A DNA stretch of 64,000 nt from Octopus bimaculoides (lineage: Eukaryota): contig NC_068987.1 of the NCBI RefSeq assembly GCF_001194135.2, forward strand, positions 48,488,615 to 48,552,614, given 5' to 3'. The stretch's first letter is position 1. Each line of letters opens with the position of its first letter. The notes beneath the pieces were generated by a model that made no database searches, was not told the origin of the DNA, and saw only the letters and a program-made list of their open reading frames with translations. The translations under genes and the position numbers were made by a program. Positions 12,756 through 25,200 of the stretch are shown in pieces.

Positions 12756-13432
12756 AGAAGGTAAAAAGAGAGAAAATAGAAAACTTTTGACAATGCAGAG
12801 AGTTTGATAAAACCTTTATATTTCAGGCACAAAAGCACATATTTGTAAGAAAAAAAAAACAGTCTAAGTAAAGTCCAGTTTTCTCAAACTGTTCATTTCT
12901 TCTGAAGATGGGCCTTCGTGTCTGAAACATAAAGATTCTATTAAACTTTCCGCATTGTCAAAAGTTTTCTATTTTCTCCCTTTTTTACTTTCTTCTGAAT
13001 TACAATGCTTCAAGCAAACTACAATGCTCATATATATACAGACTACTTACTGCATTGGATCTTTTGAATGTGATAAGGATAAAGATGAATGTAGTTATAT
13101 CACTACTCCTCTTTCTTGACCCCCATTATTTTCTTCTGCTGCTCTAAATTATAGTTGGCTTTAGGTATTTTTTCCCTAAATTCATTTTGCTACAATAATA
13201 GGAAAAAGAAGCAATATAATTATTTTAGTCTCTAGTACTGATGAAAAATTTGCTAAGAAATTATAATGGAGTATCCTGTATGTTGGAAATCTATATGGCC
13301 ATATGCTTCCGAGGAGAGCAGTTTATTTCAAATTGATGTAATGTTTGCACTGATCAATTAAATGGAGCCGCTTGAAACGGCCGTAATGCACTGATATTTG
13401 GACATTCTTGTTACTTATTTGCTTTTTATCTA

Positions 13433-13506
<74 letters not shown>

Positions 13507-16500
13507 AAACAGTTTTTCCGTTTCAAAAGTTAGTAAAATATGTAAAAAAAAAAAAAGAAAAATAGCTTACTTTATATAAGTAATACACAAATTTAATAGT
13601 CAATTTTGTGTAGTTTGTCAAAATATGTAATAAAGCATCTACTTTTTTTTGTAAGTGACTACAATTCAAGAATTTTTAATGATTAACAAATAGTATTTAA
13701 ATTAGAGCAATTCCAAAACTGATAATGAATATAACAAAGGAGGTTCATGAAAATAGCATTTACTGGACTAACATTTGAGGAGCAGAAGACCTACCTTAGC
13801 AAGACAATTCAATCTGCAACTGTTTCACAATACTTTTTAGCAAAAAACATTCACCAACATTATGTAATTAAAATGATAATTAGATTGGTGTTTTCTTATA
13901 AGCATTTTCACAAGCCAAGAACTTAGTTGCAAGAAGGTTTTTCTGGTAAGAAGAGAAAATAGATTTGAAGGATTGTATATGGATACATTTTTCAGATAAG
14001 AATTTAAGAGTAGAGGATGACTGGAAAGATTTGTAGTCACTAATTTTAAAGGAAACATTAAATTTCATCCAATTAAATTTTATAAATTGATTGATTTCAT
14101 AGACTTCTTTGGAGACAGAGGTTCTATTTCATACTTGTACTTGTTGATCAGCTGAGAAGACAAGATGAAAGTAAATAATTTTTCTTCTACATTCCTGAAT
14201 ATAGTAAAACGTGAGTGAAAAATGAAATCTACCTCAGATTCTAAGAACTCATTTAAATCCAAGTTTTTAAATTTTAATAAATAAATAGAATACAAAAGTG
14301 AATTAATGAAATGAAATAAAAGTGTCTTTCTCCAGCTATTCTAATTCTTGCTCGTTTTATCTCTAAAGCTTAATGATCAAATGATTTGTTCTTTTCAAGT
14401 CTTAATCGATTCATTTCTACTTTACCATCAATCACCAGCTCATGGTACATTATTATAACTCCACTTATACAATCCATGCAACTGGACATCAAAGACATCA
14501 ACACAAGTATGCAAGAGCAACAACAATGTTGATTTGCACATGTAATGCAAATGGATGATGCATGCACATTAAGAAAATGTTAAATTGGTGATGAAAGGTC
14601 CATGTATTTAAGGTAAACCACAGAAAATTAAAGAAGAGAAATTTGAACAAATCTGAGAACACTGGGTCTTACAAATAAGTTTACACAGGATCAAGATTTG
14701 ATGTTGCAAATCTGTTAAGAACACAATAAAAAGGAGCCAACCCATGATAAACATCGTCAATATTTTATGTAGTTATGATTTTTAGACCTAAGTAAATTTT
14801 TCAGTTCGTTTGCAGTATGCTATCACTGAGATTTATATGACAAGTAAATCAAGTAATGGCAATGTTACACATTAATATGAGACACTACATTGCCTCTTAG
14901 ATGCAATGCTTACTGTATTGAACTTGTCTGATTATTTTCATACATATTGTGGTAAAATATCTAGTAAACTTCTGTGTACATGGCAGTATCATTTAAAAAA
15001 CTTTCATGTTCATATAGTGACTTGAAGATATTTCCTTTTGCCTTCTCTATGTCCATTTAAATAAACTTAGCACTTACTGCAAGCTTATAAATATTTGTCA
15101 ATTATATATTGACTGCAACCAACAGTAGTGAATTATAACATCTATCCATGGCTAGATTGGCAAGTTAAATGAAAATCTAGTTTTTTTTTTACCAGTACAC
15201 TGTACTCTCTTTGACGAGATAATCATTATTAACTTTTTAATCATTTGACTGATTCCATGTTGATGCAATCAATTATAACTCTCAATCAGAAAGTAGAGTT
15301 CATTATAATTTTTGATATTACCAGTTCAAATTCCTTTCACATTTCTACAGTTCCTGGCAAGATTTTTGTAAAGAACTTCATCTGAATTTTGAATTCAGGT
15401 TCAAGAGATTTAGAAATTAGAATTAATAACAAGAAAAGAGATAAAGTTTCATATATGGCTAAAACAATAAACTTTACACTTTGATTCCTACACTTAATAA
15501 TGAAGATAATCAACTGAATAACAATTACTAATTATGAGTGGCTAAGAAATTTGCTTCATAACCACTTGATTTGGGGTTTTAGTCCTGCTGCAAGACCTCT
15601 TGGGCAAACCACTTCTACTATAATCCTAGGCCAATCAAAGCCTTGAGACAGAAACTGAAAAAGGCTTGTCGTTTATGAATGTATGTACATATAAATACAT
15701 GCATGTGTAAATATATGTGCAATGAAGAACTAGAGATGTGTTTGTGTGTGTGTCCTTGTCTTGACATCATGTGAAACTTATAAACAAGCATCACTTTCTT
15801 TCCAATTTTCCATGCAAACATGTCCAGCAATGGAGAAATATTAATTTGCTTAAAAATAGGTGAGGGTTGGTGAGAGGAAGAGCATCAGGCCATAGTAAAT
15901 CTGCCTCAACAAATTCTGTGTGAGTCATGCAAACATGGAAAAGTGGACGTTAAAATCACAATGATGATGAATTTCTTCTACTAAACTACACAAATTTCTG
16001 TTAAAGAAGGGCATACTGCAAATGGAATCAATCTTTTTATATATTCCTTCATTTGAAGCTGCAACTTCACTTGCCTGAGTTTTCCTGTTTCTTGTTTGTT
16101 CTTCAGGGAGACCACTAAGATATTTAGGATTCTAATGGTCAGAATTTTGTTCATTTGCCTGCCTCTCTGTTATTGGTCAGTGTCAGTAAGGTGTGATAAC
16201 TTAACAAAAATTAAGGTTATTCTTAAATGCAGTAGGTAGTTTTTAACAGATACAAGATTTTATCTTGTTTATATTTGAAAGGGTTTATAGTGCAAAAATC
16301 AGACAAAGTTGTTGACTTAGTAAGGTAGGAGGTGTTTCATTTCTGAACGTTATGTCGATAAGGTGTGTTTGCTTTTAATGATATTTTCAGCAAACTTCAT
16401 TTATTTCCTATCATTACAGATATTTAAGCTTGGTAAGGCATTGGCTATTAAATGACATGATGTAGGACTGCTATAGTTGAATTCTGGTTTGGATTATCTC

Positions 16501-19500
16501 TTACAATTGCTGCTATTACTTTAAGCTTAGAAGTGTTTTCTCTTACAGCTATAATTCACTTTTACAATGTTTCTGTTGAACAGCTTGCAGTATTTGTGGT
16601 TGGAGGAGATATGCTTTTTTTTTTATGAACAAACATTTAGATGCTTTTCCCCATATTAGATGTTACATTCATGTTTTTGTGGGTTTTATTCTTGTATTAC
16701 AGTTCTTCCTTAACACTTTAGTAGTGAAGCCTACTGATGTTTCTGCATGAAAGATGGAACCCTTTTTGTAAGGTACATGGAAAATAAGAGTGTTACTATT
16801 GAAAATTAACGTTTCTATTTGAAATATTAAATACATGTTGTATGCTTGCAGTCACTACAAAAGCATGTCCTGGTTTCTTGACATGTCTTGATAATGTTGC
16901 ACTATCTTAGTAAATGAAAGGGGCTCATAACTATGTCTGGGTTGTTTTATTGTTTGATAGATTGGAGAAAATGAGTCAAGGTTATTAACAGGAAGAGGTA
17001 ACCAGCAGTAGAAAATCTACTTCAATGAATTCCATCTGACTCATGCAAACAGGGAAAAGAGGATGGTGATGAAACAATGATGTATTAAGTACATTTTTCT
17101 TTCATCTGTACAAGACATACAATCTTTACTTTTCCTATTAGTCAGTATTACTGTTGCTGGGATGGTATTTGTTGATATGGTTGTTGATTTTCTTTATGCT
17201 AATCTCTTAACAAAGGAATAAAAGAGAGAGTACAAGTTAAGAAGGCTGAAATAAGAAAACATTAGGTTTTGTACACAAGTAACACACAATGGCTTGTAAT
17301 GAGGTTTGTCCTAATGATCACTAATTCAACACTAAATTCTCATATTCAACAGGGCTCATTAAGGTGAAATGATAAATATTCTAAGAAAGAGTAATGCCTC
17401 ATTTTTGATTCATTGCTTGTCATGGTGGAATATGTCAAACGTCCGGAATAATATTGAGACACGACATGACTAAAGCATCTTCAAAAACAAATTCTTACTT
17501 CTTGTTTTTAACTGAATAAAAAAAAAAACCTAAGACATCCCATATGTTAAAAAAAAGGATAATTTCAAATGACAAAAGAAGTCAAAAACTTTTTTAATGT
17601 CATGAGTCGTTCTATTATTAAAATGAATGCAATTAATTATAATTTCATTAATTAAAATGAATGCAATTTTAATTGAAATATTAATTTTAATAATAGAGTA
17701 ATAAGATGTTTAATTAAATATTTCAATAGTCATAATGAGATGTTGTAACTAACACCTATAAACTACTTCCTCCTCTTTTCTTTTTGTCTTGTGTGCATGT
17801 GCTAAGCACATGCACACACACACACTAATAGTTTATGAATATGAATCCAACAGTAAAGACTGGCCTTTAGACATTTTAAATAATTTATAAATAAATAATC
17901 AGGAATGAATGGAGGAGTTAAACTCTTTTTTGAGATTATGTTTCTTTTTACCACAAGAAATGAGTTAACACTAAACAGTGCTTTAACTGAATGTCAATAC
18001 AAAAATGTTTGATTTATGGTAGTTAATTCAGATAGGAAGGGATATGTTTTGCATTCTAAATAAAATACATGTGAAGCAGATATGACTTGGGTAGGATAAG
18101 AGAAAGGGACAGAAAATTAAAAACTGGGGAACATATAGATAGGGGTGGCTATCATACAGGTAAAGGGATAAAAAGCAAGAAAAATAGATTAAAGAAGGAA
18201 AATGGAAAGCAAAAAAATTAAGACAAAAACAAAGCGAATTAGGATTATAAGCAAAAAAGCAAAAATTAACCAAGAAAGCAAAATAAGTAAATGTAAAATA
18301 AATACTGACCCAAAAAATTTTTTTGAATTTGAAAAAAACATTCAAATTAATAAAATATAAATAAATATTTAAGGAAAACAGATTCTTGATAAACCCATGT
18401 TTATCCTTGTCTTTACCTATAACTTATGAACATAATATGTTTGCATATGTATGCCCATGGTTAAATATAGGTAATATACTGGTAGTGTAATGGATACTTC
18501 TATCCCTTAGATGTTTATTTTAGCCTCTAACTCAACTAACCTTTAAATAAATGACAAATAGTTAGCTATCGTAAAAATATTGTATAACTATAGCAATTGC
18601 ACATACTAGGCTTGGTGACAGGCAAGCCTAGTACATGCACTCATCCTGCACCTCTTATGTTAACTTTCTCTGTATATTTCTTGTACTTTCTGCTCCTTTT
18701 CCTATACAATGTGAAGTGTGACTAGAGAAATCAATCAACCACAATTTATATAAGTATTATTATATACAGTTTAGATATAAAGCTTTAGGCCAAGACAGCA
18801 AAGAACCCTGTCTAAGAAAAAATGAAATCCCTGTAATATAATGGAAAATAATATGAATTATTTGTTCTTTCTTCATATCATATATTTTTTGATTACAAAA
18901 GTATACATGATACGAAGGAAAAAAATAATTCACATATTTTTTTTTCATGAACAATTTGCAATGTAAACTGCTCATGTCTTCAGTTTGGAAATCAAACAGA
19001 ATCAGCCATTGAAAAACAGGTATTTTGAAATTACTGCTATTTATTATCTGATGCCATTTGATTGTATAAAATTGGATACTTATAACACAGTAAGTTCCTC
19101 TAAATGAACATAATACTGATGATAATACATCAAATAAAAATGTATGTTCCAGACTGTTTTATTTGCTGTTTCCACTATTAATCTATTTGATACCAAACTG
19201 CATGAGAACTACCCAAGTTCTGTGATACAAATTTCATATCTAATTAAATTAAATCAAAACTTTTCATTAAAATTCCATGTTAATTTATGTTCCAAATGCC
19301 AGTTAAATAATGACAGTTACTGTATATATAAATATAAATATCTAAGTAAAATCACTGTAATCAATACATACAGGCTTGTCCTTTACACGTTCCGGTACCT
19401 CATAAAAGGCACTTGTACTGGTGCCACATAAAATGCACTTGTGTTAGTGCTGCGCAAATGCACCAGCACTCTCTGTAAAGTGGTTGGTATTAGGAAGGGC

Positions 19501-21753
19501 ATCCGGCTGTAGAAACCATGTCATAACAGACAACTGAGGTCTGGACAGCTCCCTGGCCAGCCAGCTCCTGTCAAATCATCCAACCCAAGCCAGCATGGAA
19601 AACGAACGCTAAATGTTTCAGGTGAGGCTATAGCGCTGTGGACGATAGAGCATCACATGTTTACCTACAACAGTTATGTGAAGAATAACGAGTCTGACAC
19701 AGCAGTTCAGCATGAGTTTTGGCACCACTTCAACATTCACCGAAATCAGGCTGTTCCTACCCGTAATACAATATTATGTTGGGTAAATGTACTTCATACA
19801 CAAGGTACTCTAATGAACAGGCAACCAGTGGGAGCACTACGAATGGTACGGACCCTGGAAAATGTGGAACATGTCAGACAAGGTTTGAGAAATGCATTAA
19901 TGAAAATGGACACCACATGATGGATGTTGTTTTTCATACTTGATTTTGACAAATTCTAATTCAATACAAACACAATAAAATTTGCTTGCAGCTAAAATTA
20001 ATGATTTTGTGAATTTTTCAAAAACATCTGTCCTCTCAGCCCCACCCTGTATAAATGGGATACCAAATGTATGATGGAACACATTGAATTTGTTTTTTTC
20101 TACAAAATACACTTGTAAAGTAGGAGTATATCTTATATGCCACCAAATACGGTATCTTAATAAATTCTTCATTATTTTCAAAATCAATTGAAACAAAAGG
20201 CAATGTATGGTGACAAAAGAGTTAAAGTGATCTAAATTAAAAACTTCCATAAAAAATTTCATGTTAATTTATTCCAAACATTAGCTTAATACAGGCAAAG
20301 TTATTCTTCTGAATTCTTCATTATTTTCAAAATTAATTGATACAAAGGTAGGGTATATTAACAGAAATATGGTTAAAGGTTCAGTTTTCCTCTCTGAACT
20401 ACTGCATACTGCTCAATCTATATCCATTTGTTGCTCATCTCTCTTCCTCTTATCAGTCTGTCACATTTCCTGCACTAGGTAAACATTTCACCCATTCCTA
20501 AACTATACACTTTGCCTAATCCTTCTTTCTCAAAATTATATCTATCTGTGGATTTCCAATGAAGCTTATAAACATCAACATAATTTAAACTGACCACTGA
20601 TCACATCAATCTTAATTCATTACTCGCTACCTAAAGCTAAGCTGAGCTGAAATAGAGCTACATGCAATGATCCTCTCATGACTTAAAAATAGTAAAATTG
20701 AAATAATAAAAAAAATAATAAAAATAATTCAACCAAAATGACAGAAAACATAAGTCAGATGTTTCAAATAAAATTTTTTCTACAATTCTAAAAAGATTTC
20801 AAAATCCTTAATAAAAACAAACAAACGAAACATCTCCCTGCCAATTTCTTTGCAAACACCATCAGTCCTGTTGGATCATAAACTTGTAGATTTTTTTTTT
20901 TTTTGTAGGGAAGGAAAAAAAAATCTACAATGTGCCATTAAGTTAAAGAATACTTACAGGATAAATATGGCTCTTTAGTTTCGGAGAAATTGATTCATGG
21001 TTCAAAATGATTCGGAATGGCATGTAAATTTCTTCACCAACTTCTTGAAGTATCTTCTTGTGCTTGGGTAAAAATGGTTCAAAGAAACGGACGTCCAACT
21101 AAAAAATATATAACATTTATATATGCATGGACTCATATTATATATATGTATAGTTATTTCGTATAAATTTGGTGAACACAATGCTTTTCTCTCCTTGCCA
21201 TTAAAAGTAACCCCAAAACTATTTATCAGTCCTTCTTTTCTAGATGGACCAAGGAGTCCTTCCCTTTTTTTAAAATCTTTTAACTGGTTCCAGTCAGTGA
21301 ATGAGGTATACAAACACATATACACAAATTTAAACACACACACATATAATAATTAAAATGAGGAAAACAGAAATTCAAATTGATGTTACAATCATTTCAG
21401 TAAACAAACATTTTAATTATTATTGCTTGTTCATCTTGTTGGACATCATTATTTGACACATGGAAGGTGGACATTAAATGATGACAAACACTTCATAGAT
21501 GTACTAACTCTGTGCAAACAGACATGATGTATACAAGCCTTCATGAGTGAACTTCTAAGCATTTGAAATGTCAAAAGAATATATGTTAACTGACCAAGAA
21601 ACATATTTTATACATATTGGATTGTACCTTGGATTTACAAAGTGGTCTCCTTTATAATCTATTGGAGTTTAACTGATGTTTATTCAGTTAACTGAATACT
21701 ATACTAATCAGGTTTTTATATGAAGTGCTTGATTATAACTATCCCCTCAAATT

Positions 21754-21794
<41 letters not shown>

Positions 21795-22213
21795 CTGTAG
21801 TAACGCCTGCGCATGCGTAGTCTTACGCATGCGTAGAATTAAACAAGCAAGCGTTTTCCCACTCAATTCATTCTCTTTCTCCCTGCCCAGCGATTGAGCA
21901 TGGACGTGTGTTTAAAGCTGTCTCTACATCTTTCGGTCTTATACGCGACAGCTCTAAAGATGTATAACTAAAGATATGTATGTTTTATCACCTAAATAAA
22001 TGTTGTTTAAGTTGTTTAGTCTGGAGTTCAGCGTTCCGTCAATTTCTTTAATTTTACAGTAGAAAGTCAGGTATACAATCTAAAGATGTATAACCCACTT
22101 TCTACTAAATATATATATACGTTATTTAAAAGCAGCAGAAATATAACAAACGACTGTTACTCGGAGTTTCACATTCCTGTTAATCGGACAGTTTTGTTAC
22201 TCCGGTGTATATG

Positions 22214-22255
<42 letters not shown>

Positions 22256-25200
22256 ATCATCATCATGGAAGTCTATCTTCCATACTGGCACTGGTTGGAT
22301 GGTTTGATATGATCAAACAAACCAGAGCATTGAGTCAAGCTCCAATGTCTGCTTTGGCATGGTTTCTACAGCTGGATGCCTTCCTTATGCCAATCATTTT
22401 ACAGTGTACTGAGTGCTTTTCTTGTGACACCAGTTCAGTGAGATTGCCAAGTAACTCGCAAAACAAAGAGACAAATCCCTTGATTGAGAGGTGTTGTAAT
22501 AGAGAGGGAGGTGGCTTTATGCCAGTGTTGAGAGAAACAGACACAGGAGGCTTGCTATAGACACCTGTGTTGGGAAGAAAGCTTTCCAATCATATGGCCT
22601 TGGGTTCAATTCCACAGTGCAGCATCTTGGGCAGATGTCTTCTACTTTAACTTAACCAAAAACTTTATGAGAAGACTTGGTAGACTGAAAGAAGCCCATT
22701 GTATATATGTGTTGTATGTGTGCATGTACTCTTAACTTGACCTCATGTGATAGTTGTAAATGAATCTCACTGCAATGAGTTTGAGTTTGCGTGAAAAACA
22801 TGTCTGGCCATGGGAAACATTACCTTGCTTAGAAACGGATGAGGGTTGGTGATAGGAAGGGCATTCAGCCATAGAAAACTTGCTTCAATAAATTCCACTT
22901 AACCCATGCAAGCATGGAAAAGTGGACAATAAATGATGATGATGATAAACTAAGTGATAGATAGTAAAGCTTCTTCTCCTGGTAAATATATTATGCTGGT
23001 ATTCTTTATCATAAAGAGTACATGAAGAGCTGGACAAGTAATTGTTTAAAAATTATATATTAAAAACTAACAAATATATAGGTTAAACAATGATGATTAC
23101 AAAAAAGGAAAAAGCATACCTTGAAAAAAGAAGCAAATCGGAATTTAACAGCTCCAGTTAAATATTCAAAGTATCTTTCAAAGCGTGATATCTTTTCACT
23201 TGTTCTTCTGTCAAAGCCTTCACCCCCAATATCATTATCTCCAGGAACATAGATTTTCTGAAAAATTATGAAGGTTATATCATGCCAAGTCAGTCTGTTA
23301 AATTAACAAGGCAATATATCAAAGTTTTTCATTTTTACTCATATATTCATATCATAAAATTTGAAACAAATATGTATGTGTAAAACAGAAGTTTTCCTTC
23401 ATATATAATATTTTATCTTTTACTTATTTCAATCATTAGTTTGTGGCCATGCTGGGGTACTGCCTTGAAGAATTTTTGTCAAATGAATCAACCCCAGCAC
23501 TTATTTTTTTTTAAAGCTTGGTACTTATTCTATTGGTCTCATTTGCCAAACTGATAAGTTATGGGGACGTAAACAAACCAACACCTATTATCAAGTGGTG
23601 GCATGGGACAAATAAACACAAACATGACAGGCTTCTTTCAGTTTCTGTCTACCAAATCCACTTACAAGGCTTTGGTTAGCCCAAGGCTATAGCAGAAGAC
23701 ACTTGCCCAAGGTGTTGCGCAATGGGACTGAACCTGGAACTATGTGGCTGGGAAGAAAGCTTCTTACCACACAACTACATGTGCGCCTATAATAATAAAA
23801 TTTGTTTGAACATTATTAAAAACTGAAGATGGTTTACTAGTAATATAGAGAAGTCAGTTGAAAAAAATTACTTTTGGAGATATATGCTGAAATATCTTTT
23901 TTCATACATTTCAGCAATTATTACGAAACATTCATATCTTTTTGAGTGTTACTACAATACTATTTGCTTCTTGCTAACTCTGCAGCATTAACTCATTTGT
24001 TACCATATTTCTAACAAAATTCAGTCTTTATTTCAATTAATTTTGAAAATAACGAAGAATTTAGTAAAATAATTTTGTCATTTTTAAGCTATTGTTTGGA
24101 ACATAAATTAACATGATACTTTGATGGAAGTTTTTAATTTAAATCATTTTATATAACACTATAGGTGGTCTCAAGCAGGTTGGTATCAAACGGTTAAAGA
24201 CACTCCCTTTCTCCAAGCTTAGATTCGAAACCAAATCTAAGGACCAAACAGGCATGAAAGAAATTTTCTTTGTCCTGTCAAAAAACTAATAGATCATCTC
24301 CTTTTGACCTCTGACCTCAGCCATGTCAGGCGAAGTTCAAATGGACAGGAGCTGACCTATTTAGACACAATCTCTGCTGCAGTATGTCTGTCCTTCTAGC
24401 TGCCATGATGGGTTATAAATACCATGGTCAGCAAAGGAACAGACAGAAAGGATCTGGTATGCAGATAGAGTGCACGAGATAGCCAACCAGTACTTTCTCA
24501 GATGAATGACGAACACATAGATATAAAACATATTCAGTTCTACCACATCATATTCACAGATGTATCCTGTTTTTTATTCTTCTCCAGCTCAAAGCAATTG
24601 GCAACAAATAAATGCAGTGAAAAATTGTGCATATCACCAGCAAATGCAAGCCTCGTAAATAAATTATTTAAACTATAAATCGATGTCATTCCATTATTTA
24701 CTTCGAAGGCATCCACATGCCTATCACATCTGTTTACCTCAACACATTCTGATACACCTTTTCCACTACATTTGGTGACCCTGTCAAAGAATTGCAGCCT
24801 TCCTTTGAACCAGCTTCACCAACTTAATTGCATTTGGAAAATGAAGACATTCTTTGTACTGTGGTTAAACTTTCCATTTCGTCACCACATTTGTTGACCC
24901 CGTCAACGAATCAGTTTTCACATCACCCAGCAATGAATTAGAACTGGAAAATTGCTGTGATTGATCGGCACATAATTGCCCCCCCCCCCCGAACAGAACC
25001 CAGCGACGAACACATCCATGGTTGACATAGCATTCCAGGCAGCAATTCCTTTCACCAATCTTTTCCTTTCATCGTCCAGTGCTTTGGAATCTTCCGACTT
25101 GCGTGCATTGGTGACTCAGTGGGCATCACAGATACAGGCCCTGACAGAGCAGATAAAAGCCCTATTGCTTGGTCGAAATAATAGCTAATCACATCAATTT

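Noticed and set aside
18028-18345. 105-aa hydrophobic ORF resembling a membrane protein
   Set aside because: It is the reverse complement of A/purine-rich low-complexity intron sequence.
19897-20262. 121-aa minus-strand ORF
   Set aside because: It runs antisense through a mariner end and a MITE.
24361-24546. Antisense ~60-aa ORF present twice (also 28727-28909)
   Set aside because: It is repeated only because it lies in the two LTRs. It has no domain and starts at a non-ATG codon.
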